Shown here piece after piece: positions 1-12,019 of a stretch of 64,000 nucleotides of DNA. This DNA comes from Macrostomum lignano (taxonomy: Eukaryota). Each line of letters opens with the position of its first letter. Position 1 is the stretch's first letter. Below the pieces are notes generated by a model, which saw nothing but the letters and a program-made list of their open reading frames with translations, searched no databases and had not been told where the DNA came from. The stretch lies in NCBI GenBank assembly GCA_002269645.1, contig NIVC01001115.1, positions 187,403 to 251,402 of the forward strand, read 5' to 3'. Made by a program: the position numbers and the translations under genes.

Positions 1-29
1 GACTTATCTCATTATTTCTTTGTAAATAG

Positions 30-200
30 GAGTCTGAACTTGAGGTCGTGGAGACCCAGAACTAGGAGTCTAGAATAGGGAGAACTTGAGGTCGTGGAGA
101 TCCAGAATTAGGGATCTGGAATAGGGAAATTTGTGTTCGTGAAGACCCAGGATAGAAGCCTAGAGGGGAACTTGAGGTCGTGCAGACCCTAAGAAAGCCG
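30..200. repeat. Degenerate short tandem repeat (gaacttgaggtcgtggagacccagaa-like, 3-4 copies)
   Basis: Motif recurs near 37, 85 and 169, with a diverged copy near 130. Confidence 0.6.
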
Positions 201-464
201 TGCAGGCTAACAATAGACATTAGGCGCTAGAAAATAGGCATTAGGGAAAAAAATTTGCTACCGCTGGACACCCTTGATTCTCGGAAACGCCAGACTTTCG
301 AACTAAATTAGGGAATTAGGCAGTGTCTTACCGCTCGGGCTTTTAAGAAAACCGCGTGAATTAGATATTTCTAAGAAAGAATCGCAGTCTGAGGCAGCCA
401 ACGCTACTGAAAGTAGGCAGCTCAATGACAAATCGGTGAAATTTTAGCTAGGAACTATTAGGAC

Positions 465-633
465 TGTTACAACTTGGTGGCATAGTGGAATAGCTAGAAG
501 AGGAAACCAAACGCCTGTTACAACTTGGTGGCATAGTGGAATAGCTAGAAGAGGAAACCAAACGCCTGTTACAACTTGGTGGAATAGTGGAATAGCTAGA
601 AGAGGAAACCAAACGCCTGTTACAACTTGGTGG
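465..633. repeat. 51-bp tandem triplication
   Basis: tgttacaacttggtggcatagtggaatagctagaagaggaaaccaaacgcc starts at 465, 516 and 567, with a partial fourth copy. Confidence 0.9.
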
Positions 634-719
634 CTTTCAGTGGGATCTTTTAGCGAAGAACGATTAAAACTGTTACATGCTTCAATCAGTTTGCAAAAAT
701 AAGTCTTATGAAATTTATC

Positions 720-2200
720 CTGACTGCTCCAACAAATTCAACAGGTACTTTCTTTTGTTCACAATATTTTCAACAATATATCTATCCATTAGTTAATGGT
801 GATGCAATCTATTTAAAATATATTCTGATGAAATAGAAATTTGCAATCCTATTGGGTCTGCAAAGACTAAACATAAGTTCTATGTAGTTTATTATTCAAT
901 TTTAAACTTTCCAGAACATTTAAATGCTTCATATAACCTGTGTTTTTTGTCGTTAATTGTGTGTGATTAATCAGTTAAGAAGTTGTGATTAGACTTTTGT
1001 ATATCTCCTTTAGTATCTGAACTTAATGACTTGTTATTAAATGAACTAACAATTAATGAAACCATCAATCAAATTACCTGTTATTGCTTGTTTTATGACA
1101 GGTGATAGTTATCTATCTATGCATAGTATGCTAGGTTTGCAAAAGTGCTTTTCTAGTGGTTTTATCTGTAGGTTTTGCTATAAAGAATTCAATGATTTAT
1201 GTTTACTTGATTCTAATAATCTTAAGTAGTTTATTTCAGTTCAATTATAGGAATCATTCATCTTGCATTCTTGATTCTCAAGGTAAAAATTTAATTCAAT
1301 GAAAGGTTTAAACTTATCCCTAATGTATGTTTAGCTAAGTTTACAAAGTATAACGTTCATAATGATGATTTGCCATGTTTTGCAAGTCAAATGATGTCAA
1401 TTTTACAATACTTTGATCTGTTTTTGGTGATGTTTGCATTTGGGCTTTATTTATCAATCACAGGCTATTCATTGATATTATATTCTCACCTTACTATGAT
1501 AAAAATGTAAATCAAGATTATTTAAAGTTTTTAATAGCATCCCAAATTGAGGGCATTTATTGCTTTTCTAATTCAAAGCCTACATACAAATTTAAGCTCC
1601 ATTATATTTTTCATTATGTTGAACATTACCATTTTTATGTTGGCCTTCGTTATCTTAATAATGCTGCATATACCTGTGCTAAAAATAAAAATACAGAAGG
1701 CATTAATAATCTCACATTTCTCCCCCATGGACATTAAAGGTTTTAATGCAAAAGCTATATTGCTAAGTTCAATTATTGTCCAAGATCATGACCAAGCTGA
1801 ATTATGTTAAAAGTTAAAATTGAATGACAATAATTTGAGTAAGTTTTGTTTTTGTACTTCTGAGTTAACATATTTGGGGTTCAAATATAAATCTCCTACA
1901 ACTAATTTTTGTTATTGTATTTAGGTTCAACATCATCAGCAAATTGAATTGCTTCTTATTGAAAATATCTTGCAGATTTACAGTCAGTGGGTATTAGCTA
2001 GCCTGCAAGGAAGTTGTAGCAATTTTTTTTGTCATCTAAATAGTTACGTTTGCAAGGTAGAAAATGATAAAATAAGATTTGTTTTTCCTGGGGAACATAT
2101 TACACACCAGCCAGTACCTTTAATTATAGTAAGGGGTTACTTGTGTGTTGCTTTGAAGCATTGTCCTTTTAACAAATAGCTTTAGTGTATATTACTGTTA
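720..2200 (+). pseudogene. Decayed CACTA/EnSpm (CMC superfamily)-type transposase
   Basis: Manual translation gives YSDEIEICNPIGSAKTKHKFYVVYYSILNFPEHL (from 821) and, in another frame, GDSYLSMHSMLGLQKCFSSGFICRFC (from 1101). These match the animal EnSpm-type motifs LYxDxxEvcNPLG..KHK and GDNLgxH..GF..SF....CRFC. Frameshifts and stops lie between the motifs; boundaries are approximate. Confidence 0.75.
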
Positions 2201-3010
2201 AAATAGATGCGAGAAAAAATATTAATTTTTACATATTTGAAGTCTAAAACTATATTAGCAGTGTGCCTGCATATACAATGCGTGTGCAAAATTTTCAAAT
2301 TTAAAAAGCATTGATTTAACAATGCATCTTATTTAACACATGAAAACACAATTTTGTTATTTTGGCACAATCAAAATAATCGTAAAATTGAGTTACTAAT
2401 TATTTAAAATCTCTTGCAAGTCAATGTCGGTGGGTCATCTAACTTGGATTAAAGTGGGTTTGTCATCTATCTTGCTATGTTTAGTTTTGTTTCTTAAAAA
2501 AAGTAGACTGTTGTAAAATGTTTGAAGCATTGTCAATGATTGTGCAATTAACAAACAAAAGCAAAAAACTAAGGCTTGTGTTTCTATAACATCAGTCAGT
2601 ACAATTGAACTAATTAATAGTGGTCACTTATGTGTAGCTTTGAAGCATTGTCCCTCAACATAATAGCTTTTAATGTACCTTCAATAGCTTAAAATAATTT
2701 ACATAATGTCTCGTTGCTCAGGCTGTCTGCAACATTACTTGCAGCATTGGTATCGGTATTTAGCACTTGTAGGTGCTCTTGTCCTTCATGTTAATTCTGG
2801 CCAATAGGTACTTTGCCTTGTAATGACAGATGGGCTTGCCCCTTCTTGACATGGTTCTGGAATTATCTGAAGTTAGATGCCGGTTTCACCATTTCAGGCT
2901 AAAAATATGCTTTCTCTGTTCCCATTTATCACAATTGTCTTTAAAAATTATAAATGTGTTGGTGTCTTACTCAGAAATGCTGACCTCAAGCTTAACCTCC
3001 TCTTTCAGCT

Positions 3011-4631
3011 TCGAATCTGCAACTACAACCAAGCAAAGAAGGTGCTCATTGTAGCAAATTCACTTGACGACCTGAAAAGTAAAGCATGCACAAAATTCGG
3101 TATCCCTGAAGGTGAGCGCACTCGAGTTGTCACATTAGATGGCTTAGAGGTTGATGACGATAGCTTGATTCCTGAACTGGCAAAGGAAGCTAAGAGCCTG
3201 GTGCTCTTGTGTGCCGGCGAGGCACTTCAAGATCGTCTGGAATCTGGTGCGATTATTCCTGGAACTCCGCCAGTATCGGCTTCGTTTGCTAGTAGTGGCA
3301 CTGCAACCCCAAATCGTTATCATGGCGCTCAAATTGACGAAGGCACTGGGCATGGAGTGGAAGCACCAATAAAGTGGCCGAATGTCTACACTCTGCCAAG
3401 AATGGGCGACGACATCTCTAATGCCCTGCGAGAGGTGCAAGAGCATCCAGAAAGGGGCACTGACTTTAAGCTCAATGCCAAGTTTGTTAACCGCCTTCTG
3501 AAGTATATCTTGGATGACATTTTTAGAAAGTTCAAGCAGATCAATGATCCATAATTGTCTTCCGTGGAGATTTCGGATGTCTGCCGTTCTATCATCACTG
3601 CATATCCAGCGCTTAAAGATGGTTCGAGCGACGGATGCCGCTTTTGGGCAGTCAAAGTTTGCCGTCGTTTAAAAGAATTGCGTTCCAAAATCTTGCCCGA
3701 GCATCAAAGCCCGCTTGTCGTTCAAATGCGAGCCAAACCAAGCAAGCGAAAGTTGACTATCACGACACAGTCGCAAAATCACAGTGTTGGTGCTTCTGAA
3801 GAAGAGAGAGGCTCTGGAGAGAGTGAAAAGGAGAATGATGACGACAAGGACAAGGCAACAAAGCCGAAGCGTCGGAAGTTGATGCACGTAGATGATGAAT
3901 GCGAGTGTTGCGGCTAAGAGCGTTAATTTTTGCGGTGATGATGTGTCTCTAGTGCTCACGAAGAGCGTCGGCTGAGGCTGAATGAGACATCACATTTGAT
4001 TGACACTGAAGACGTGCTTAAGGAGATGAGTTCCCTCTTTCCTGCTCGCATCTTGCGCTGTCAAGAGCTATCGGTGCAAGAAGAGCTTGAACTGCACCGA
4101 CCACTAAAATTGCCTGATGTCATCGCTCAGGAATGTGTGCTAATTATTGACGCCTACAACCAGAAGCAAGTTGTCGACTACATTCCACAGAAGTCGGCCA
4201 AGACGATGATCAACAGCGTAAATAAAGCTGTTTTGAAGGTTTACGAAAAGCGCAATAATTTTAAGAACTTTAAGTTCTGCAAGAACTATTTGTCCTCCAT
4301 GGACTCCGTCTCCGAAAGTGAACAGCTTCAGGCGGCAGTTTGTTTGTTACTTGGTCGGCTACGAATCGATGCAGAAATAATATTCAATGACGATTTGCCT
4401 GTTCGCATAATCAAGGACGGACTAAGTCTCGAGTGGTGCGGCGTCAATGTGAATGGAGCCAACCTCAAATTTGACAATCCTACGAAGACAATTGTCATGT
4501 TTGTGCTTGTCTTCATCGCATTCAATTTGCAACACACATCCATCCTGGAACCTTTCCTTGAAGTAATGGCAAAGCTGCGTCGCCGGGCTACGCGAACGGA
4601 TGCCATTGCTCTGCTGTCTGCCTTCCGTTGA
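3011..4631 (+). pseudogene. Transposon accessory gene with N-terminal CIDE-N-like domain and SAMD3-like C-terminal region; interrupted by an in-frame stop
   Basis: LRICNYNQAKKVLIVANSLDDLKSKACTKFGI..VVTLDGLEVDDDSLIPEL..LVLLCAGE fits the CIDE-N pattern. ORFs 2877-3554 and 3555-3917 are the same frame split by one TAA (DP*LSS..AYPALKDGSSDGCRFW). ORF 3996-4631 (..MFVLVFIAFNLQH..) supplies the C-terminus. There is a possible acceptor ctttcag at about 3010. Confidence 0.65.
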
Positions 4632-5509
4632 CGCTATTGATGTGCAATATTTTTACTGCATTATTATTATATTACTAATATCAATCTCAAAATTATTATT
4701 TTTTATGCATTATTTTTAGTATATTGGATATTAATAGCGCTTTGCGCATTATTTATAATATCCACTGATTCAGTGTTTCCATTTTAAAGGAAATATACGA
4801 GTATATGGTAGAAAATCCGGTAGGGGGCTATGACCGGGGCCTATTTGTTTTGGGGAACATTGGGACATTTACTAAGGGCGTCTTGGTCTGTTAAACGGTT
4901 TTATCAATATAACTTCTCATTTAAACTTTTGTTCAAAAGAAATGGCTATCTTTAATTCAAAGTATATTGGTATTAATATTAATATTGGTATTAATATTGG
5001 TATTGCTCAACATAGTATTTTTGTTGCGTCTAGCGACCATTAGCACTACAAAGCTCAGTACACATTTAAACTTTTTGCACTATATGGTAAGTGCATTCAT
5101 TGTAACACGCGTAGTTCAAAGGAAATGGCCAATCTTTTATTTAAAGTATTAGTTGAAGTATATTATATAATATATAGCATTTTTGTTGCGTTAGTTGCAT
5201 ACTGTTTTGTAGTTTGGCATTGTTTTTTGCATTAAAACCATCAATACATTTCCGAGTCCAACACACAGTCTGACAAGTTTTGGGATGCTAGGCCGATAAG
5301 GGATATGGAATGGATAATGAAAACAGTTGTCATTACCTGATGCCTGACTTCTTTCTTTACACAACTTACTATATGGTTATTGATAAGCCGTGGGTATTTC
5401 ATGCGCAAAGCCTGATGTCTAATTATTGTGCAAAATCTATAATAAAATATTTTGATAGTGGGTTAGTCGTGCTCTTTTGATGTACGCTACGCAGCAAAAA
5501 TACGGATAG

Positions 5510-5697
5510 GGGACCTCAAATTTCGGACATTAAGGTCCATATGTATAAACGTGGACGCTAAATTTGAACCTGCAGTGGACCTCTAGTTTTGGACGTTAAG
5601 GTCCGAATTTTGAGTAAGGTCCGTATATATAGACGCCGCGGACCTCCCATTACGGACCTTCCGTGGACCTTGTTTTGGACCTCTATGAATAACAGTG
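5510..5697 (-). mobile_element. Right terminus of a CACTA-type element (ends ...AACAGTG) with GGAC(C) subterminal repeats
   Basis: About 12 ggac/ggacct/ggtcc motifs in both orientations, ending at cagtg (reverse complement CACTG) at 5697. It lies downstream of the transposase and accessory gene. Confidence 0.65.
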
Positions 5698-7069
5698 CAC
5701 TGTCGAAAAGTACCGCTGAGCAGATTCGACGCCATGGACAAGATTTTGTTGTTTGTTCATACTATTAAGACACTGGTGTCAATGGAATTATTTTGAAGGC
5801 AAACGAGTATTTGCGCTGCTATTACTTTGGCTTGAAGGATGGAGAATTTTATTCTCTAGCTAGTCAGTATGCATCCGAGTAGTTTAAAAGTGCGAATCGT
5901 ATGTTGAGAGATAAGGTTAGAGAATTTTATAACCCTAATGGCTCAATTAAACAGTTTGAGGCTATTGAAGACGGCGATCTTGTGAAGTTTAGGGCCTATT
6001 TGGAACGAAGTGCTGCAGAAGGAAGTTCCGTTCACCTTTTTACATGTTTTTGGTAAGCGCGGCCTACCAAAGTTTTTGGTAAACTTTGGTAAGTTTAATT
6101 CTTTTATGCAGCGCCTGAGCAAGCAATGCAAACTTTCGCGTCAGTACACGAATCACTGAATTAGGGTGACACGGATTGGCGATCTACATGACGCTGTTCA
6201 TGGCATGAGCGAAATCATGTGGATCACAGGGACAAAAAAGCGAGAGAACCGTGCGTTGCTACCTGTCAAGGAAACGAGACCGAGCTGTTTATTGAAGATT
6301 CAATTGCCATCAGCGGTGGCTTGAAGCGCCCGATTTTGAGACGCGCAAGCGGTCAACTGCAGCAGAGACGGTTGTCAAGACGTTCAACTTTTAAGTGGTA
6401 AGTTGTAAATGAACAGTAACTGATCATTTAAATTTTAGAAAATCTAATGAAAGTTCTCGAATTCATTGCTGCTGTCTTTTTTCAGTACGAAAAATAGCCA
6501 AGCGCAAGTGGCTGTCTTTTTGAAAACTGCGCCGGTTTGACAACTGTACCTTTAATTTTGGAACGAAGTGAGTCATCCATTGTTACTGTTTTCTTGCTAC
6601 CTTTTTGCTTTGCGAGAGTCGCATTGCTAACGACTTATTGTAACAAATAAGTATGTAAAAATGGCCGTTTTGACTTGCCATCGTGTCTGGGTGAATTTTT
6701 TTTACAATTTCACAGACTTTTGCTGTTGTAAAGTATGCTGCTTTTTCTGATATTAGTGTCTTAATTGCGACGAATGCAGTCAAGTAATTCATGCTAATCT
6801 TACAATATTTAAACATTCCGCAAGGAGCTGTTATTAACTAAATGATAGACTTAAGGCAAAGTTGTCTTAGAAAGCTGCATAAGAACTGTTCCTTAAAACC
6901 CGTTTGCAGGAAAACGTTTCAGAACGTTGCCAGTTTGTCTAAATTAACGTTTTTTGTAGTAGGACATTCTGAACGTGTTTTTTAAGTTCACAGAAAACGT
7001 TTTGACAACGTTATGAGTCTGAAAACGTTTTCTGAACGCTAATAAATCAGATTTTTTACTTGGGTAGTG
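5698..7069. mobile_element. Second CACTA-like element or fragment (CACTG... start; ...GGGTAGTG end with AACGTT subterminal repeats)
   Basis: Begins cactgtc at 5698. Clustered aacgtt/aacgtttt motifs at 6910-7040 are followed by tttttacttgggtagtg (reverse complement CACTACCCAAGTAAAAA). The two ends do not form a matched long TIR. Confidence 0.45.
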
Positions 7070-7149
7070 TCTCAGGTGTCAATACGAGTAACTGTATTAG
7101 GTTTGTCAATTAGTGTCTCAGGTGTGTCAATTTGAGTGTCTCATAAGTG

Positions 7150-7420
7150 CCAATTAGCGTCTCGGGTGTGCCAATTCGGGTGTCTTATGTGTGCCAATTA
7201 GCGTCGCAGGTGTGCCAATTCGGGTGTCTTATGTGTGCCAATTAGCGTCGCAGGTGTGCCAATTCGGGTGTCTTATGTGTGCCAATTAGCGTCGCAGATG
7301 TGCCAATTCGGGTGTCTTATGTGTGCCAATTAGCGTCGCAGGTGTGCCAATTCGGGTGTCTTATGTGTGCCAATTAGCGTCGCAGGTGTGCCAATTAGGG
7401 TGTCTTATGTGTGCCAAATG
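7150..7420. repeat. 44-bp minisatellite (about 6 copies)
   Basis: caattagcgtcgcaggtgtgccaattcgggtgtcttatgtgtgc with a 44-bp period (7201, 7245...). Confidence 0.9.
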
Positions 7421-7513
7421 CTTTTCTCCTCGCTGGCTGCGGTTCGACTATCGGCTTGACTTAGCGGCACTGTGACAGCTCCCCAGCAAACTAATGCATA
7501 GAAAAAACATAAG

Positions 7514-8421
7514 CTACATCCTACTGCAAGTAGTAGAATTCAACAAACCATTGATGCCAGGCGACGCTACGTTGCTTGCCGCACCGCTAGACTGGCTGTC
7601 GTTAAACTGACTGCTGCCGCCGGTGTCGTCATCTAGATTCAACAAGTTGCCGACTGGCACCTCCGCGGCTGCGACGGACAAAGCCGGGTCGTCGCTGCGA
7701 CGAAGCTCGACGTACTGCGAAGTGGAAACGGGTGGCTGCTGCTGCGGCTGCTGCTGCTCCACCCCGCCAAAGGCGCCCCTATAACGCAACTCGAACGCCT
7801 GGCCAATTGTTGACACGACCTCCGCCGCCAGGCCGTCCGGGCATTCAATCACGTGACAGGCCCGGCCTAGCAACGAGTCCTTAGCAACGTAAGCTACGCA
7901 GTCAACAGTGTCGGAGTCGCCGCCGCTAGCGAAGGAGACGTTAATTAAATTGTGATGCGCGATGGTCTCCTGGGTGTCCGAGGCCAGCACGGCGATTGAC
8001 CGGGTGCTGATGCAGATGCGCGCCGCCCGGCCGCTGAACTGCAGCACGGGCCGCTCGCCAAGGTGAGCAGCGGCCGGGCCGGCTGGGCGGCGAGACCGAG
8101 CGGCGTTGGCGCCGTCCACCTCGCAGCACATGGCGATGGCCGCGCGGGTCACCTGGATTGACGTGAACGGCGAGGCGGCTTTTGGTGATCAAATTTCATT
8201 TCCAAGCAACTGTAATCCAAAATCGCCCAATCCATATCCTAACAGTGTCTTACCTGATTGCGGATCTCCGGACTCAGCGACCTGGTGCTGGCCAGCACAG
8301 GCACGTTGCCCAGGTAGCGCACACCGTAGGTGACGCCAGTGTCCGGCGACAGATTCGTGTCGGCGTGGACGAACCTTGTCGGCGCCGGCGGCCTCTGCTG
8401 ATGCTGCTGCGGCTGCTGCTG
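7514..8421 (-). CDS. SHC: Shc-family adaptor, PTB domain (exons about 8421-8254 and 8152-7514; start codon and SH2 exons not located)
   Basis: Spliced translation ..FVHADTNLSPDTGVTYGVRYLGNVPVLASTRSLSPEIRNQ|VTRAAIAMCCE..SFASGGDSDTVDCVAYVAKDSLLGRACHVIECPDGLAAEVVSTIGQAFELRY matches the Shc PTB domain. The phase-0 GT-AG intron is 8253-8153. Confidence 0.88.
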
Positions 8422-8564
8422 CTGTGGATTCGTGTAGACTTTTATTCATATATTCAGTTTTAGCTGGATATTTTTAGCTGGATAGGCTTGCTACTTACTA
8501 CTATGAGGCTCGAGTCAAGCACCGGCCAGAGTTGTGACAATTATCGATAGTAAGTTATTGGTCA

Positions 8565-9855
8565 CACTGACTGACTGAGACTGAGTGACTGACTGATTGA
8601 GACTGAGTGACTGATTGACTGAGACTGAGTGACTGACTGATTGAGACTGAGTGACTGACTGATTGAGACTGAGTGACTGATTGACTGAGACTGAGTGACT
8701 GACTGGTTGATTGAGACTGAGTGACTGACTGATTGAGACTGAGTGACTGATTGACTGAGACTGAGTGACTGACTGGTTGATTGAGACTGAGTGACTGATT
8801 GACTGAGACTGAGCGACTGACTGATTGATTGACTGAGACTGAGCGACTGACTGATTGATTGACTGAGACTGAGTGACTGATTGACTGAGACTGAGTGACT
8901 GACTGATCGATTGACTGAGTGACTGATTGATTGAGACTGAGTGACTGACTGACTGAGACTGAGTGACTGATTGATTGAGACTGAGTGACTGACTGACTGA
9001 AACTGAGTGACTGATTGATTGAGACTGAGTGACTGACTGATTGAGACTGAGTGACTGATTGATTGAGACTGACTGACTGGTTGAGACTGAGTGACTGATT
9101 GATTGAGACTGACTGACTGGTTGAGACTGAGCGACTGACTGATTGAGAATAACTGACTGACTGATTGAGACTGACTGACTGACTGGTTGAGACTGAGTGA
9201 CTGACTGACTGATTGAGACTGAGTGACTGACTGGTTGATTGAGACTGAGTGACTGACTGACTGATTGAGACTGAGTGACTGACTGGTTGATTGAGACTGA
9301 GTGACTGACTGACTGGTTGAGACTGACTGACTGGTTGAGACTGAGCGACTGACTGATTGAGACTAACTGACTGACTGATTGAGACTGACTGACTGACTGG
9401 TTGAGACTGAGTGACTGACTGACTGATTGAGACTGAGTGACTGACTGGTTGATTGAGACTGAGTGACTGACTGGTTGATTGAGACTGAGTGACTGACTGG
9501 TTGATTGAGACTGAGTGACTGACTGACTGATTGCGACTGAGTGACTGACTGATTGAGACTGAGTGACTGACTGATTGAGACTAACTGACTGGTTGATTGA
9601 GACTGAGTGACTGACTGGTTGATTGAGACTGAGTGACTGACTGACTGATTGAGACTGAGTGACTGACTGATTGAGACTGAGTGACTGACTGATTGAGACT
9701 AACTGACTGGTTGATTGAGACTGAGTGACTGACTGATTGAGACTAACTGACTGGTTGATTGAGACTGAGTGACTGACTGATTGAGACTGAGTGACTGATT
9801 GATTGAGACTGACTGACTGATTGAGACTGAGTGACTGACTGATTGAGACTGAGTA
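8565..9855. repeat. Compound (GACT/GATT/GAGA)n microsatellite
   Basis: Continuous gactgactgattgagactgagt-type units; source of the spurious 475-aa ORF. Confidence 0.95.
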
Positions 9856-10447
9856 ACCTAGGGAAAGGGCGATTGATATATTTCTTAAGAAATCAGTAAA
9901 ATTGATTGAATGAGTGAGTGATGTAGGGACCGATTCAAGCACCCAGTTTAGACCCTAATAGCCCTACAAAATTTCATAAATTAATAGACATCATAATGAC
10001 AAACACGGGACAGTGTGAAAAAATACCAGCAAAGGCAAGCATAATGCGCACTTGAACTTTTTAAGCTGGGAGTTTATTAAATTGAATGCAAAACTGAGCT
10101 GAACTGAATTAAGGACATTTAAATTTGTCAACAATATAAACCGCTGATGAAGGCATTCTTGAACTATTTAAATAATAACATGTAGAAAACCTACTTAGCA
10201 GCCAATGCTGAATTTATTACAGCGCCAATAAAAGGGCATTTGGAACGGGACTAAATATGCTCAACATAGCTGAACATAGTAATGAGTAACTGCAGATACA
10301 AATATGTCATACATTCTACACAATTGAAATTCTAGCACCGCAACAATCAACCTTAATTTTTCGGGTAGCTAATTAAGGCTGTCCTGACTAGCCCAGAGCT
10401 GCTGCTCTCATATGTAGCAATATTAACTGGAAGCTGAGGCAAACAGT

Positions 10448-11524
10448 TCACTCCGATGAAGCCCCCGACGATGCGGATGGCATGTCGGTGGCCGAGTCTG
10501 CATTTGGATGTTGCTGATGTTGCTGCTGCTGCTGGGCCTCCTGCTGAGCTGTCGCAGCAGCGCTTTCATCCAGACGAGGCACTTTTGGCTGTGTGGGGCC
10601 GTCGGCGGACTGCTCAGCTGGCGCGGCCGCGGCGGCAGCAGCTGGGGCGGTTGGGGCGGCCGCAGCGGTGGCAGCAGCTGGGGCGGTTGGGGCGGCCGCA
10701 GCGGTGGCAGCAGCTGGGGCGGTTGGGGCGGCCGCAGCGGTGGCAGCAGCTGGGGCGGTTGGGGCGGCCGCAGCGGTGGCAGCAGTGTCCGAGGAAGAGG
10801 ACGACGTCTGCTTGGGTTTGGTGGAGTCCGCCTGGATGAATACCAAAAAAGAAAAAAACTATAATATAAGGAAGGATAGAAGCTGGCGGCAAACTTCAAA
10901 GACACAAAGGCGGTGAGTAAATAATATAATGGAGGATGGAAGTTGGCGGCAAACTTCAAAGACACAAAGGCGGTGCGTAGATGAGATAAGGGAGGATAGA
11001 ATTTGGCGGAAAACTTTAAAGACAGGGCTGAGGCGTGAGTAGAAAGATAAGGAATTGAGGATAGAAGTTGGGGCAAAATTTTAAAGACAGAGACGGTGAC
11101 TAAGAAAGATCAGGATGACTCACCTGCCGTTGCGACTCCGCATTAAGAAAGTGAACGAGAAGCCCCTGTCGATCGTTTACAATGGCTGCAGTTAAAACAA
11201 TAAAAAGTCCAATTAGGCCATTAAATTTAGATTAAAAGTACAATCGGTATAAAAGATGAAAAAAATTCTTACGAATAACGTTTCGTTCAGGCGATGTGGA
11301 GACGTACACAGAGACTTTTCGAGTGTGTAAAGGAATGGGATTGGGCGCACTTAGCAATCCGCTTTCTGTTGTTGTATAAGTACAGACAGACAGACAGAGC
11401 ATCTTACCGACAGCAGACGGTTCTGAGGCGAATAGTTGCTGAAATTGGAGCTGCAGTAGGACGGCAGGTCCTTGAGCATATCTGAGCAGGCGGGGACGCC
11501 GCGCTGCTGACTGTATTGACTCAT
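10448..11524 (-). CDS. DDA1: DET1- and DDB1-associated protein 1; exons 11524-11408, 11365-11273, 11185-11124, 10831-10448
   Basis: MSQYSQQRGVPACSDMLKDLPSYCSSNFSNYSPQNRLLS / ..RKVSVYVSTSPERNVI / PIVNDRQGLLVHFLNAESQRQ / ADSTKPK..QPKVPRLDES parallels DDA1 (DFLKGLPVYNKSNFSRF..RRPSVYLP..IIVTEKTNILLRYLHQQW..PRKVARTD). All junctions are GT-AG. Exon 2 is 1 nt short of the required phase. Confidence 0.8.
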
Positions 11525-11627
11525 GACTGCCAGATGATGTGCAGATTTATGAGGCCTTCAATGCCGCTGAGCTGATAGATATGCTGAAGATGGCGGCGAA
11601 AACCGAAATTAGGCTTCTCAGTCAGTC

Positions 11628-11704
11628 AGTCAGTCAGTCAGTCAGTCAGTCAGTCAGTCAGTCAGTCAGTCAGTCAGTCAGTCAGTTAGTCAGTCAGTCA
11701 GTCA
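11628..11704. repeat. (CAGT)n microsatellite
   Basis: Near-perfect cagt run just upstream of the DDA1 ATG. Confidence 0.95.
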
Positions 11705-12019
11705 ATCGTGTAAGAAAGCAAGGTCTCCCAGTCAAATGGGAGCAGTAAGACTGAAATATACAACGCAATTTATTTTGTCAATAAACGGAATCATCAAATA
11801 ACTGTAAAACAAATTATCAATAAGGAGGCAACAAGTTTTTATAAACCCGGTCGAGTCAAAAAAACTACAAAAATTTGCTTTAAACTTGTACTGAAGTAGA
11901 ATAGAAAGAGCACAAAGTGCGTGTTGAATAAGGGCGGTGCTATTACGAGTACATGCTCAGCCCTTAACTTTTATTAGTTCATATATTTTCTAAAGCACTG
12001 AGCTTTACAGATGCTGGCC

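Noticed and set aside
8515-9942. 475-aa Ser/Gln-rich ORF
   Set aside because: Translation of a GACT-based microsatellite; no coding complexity.
10423-11076. 217-aa Pro-rich ORF and plus-strand Gly/Ala-rich ORFs
   Set aside because: Alternative frames of the DDA1 last exon and its 36-bp repeat, extended into intron.
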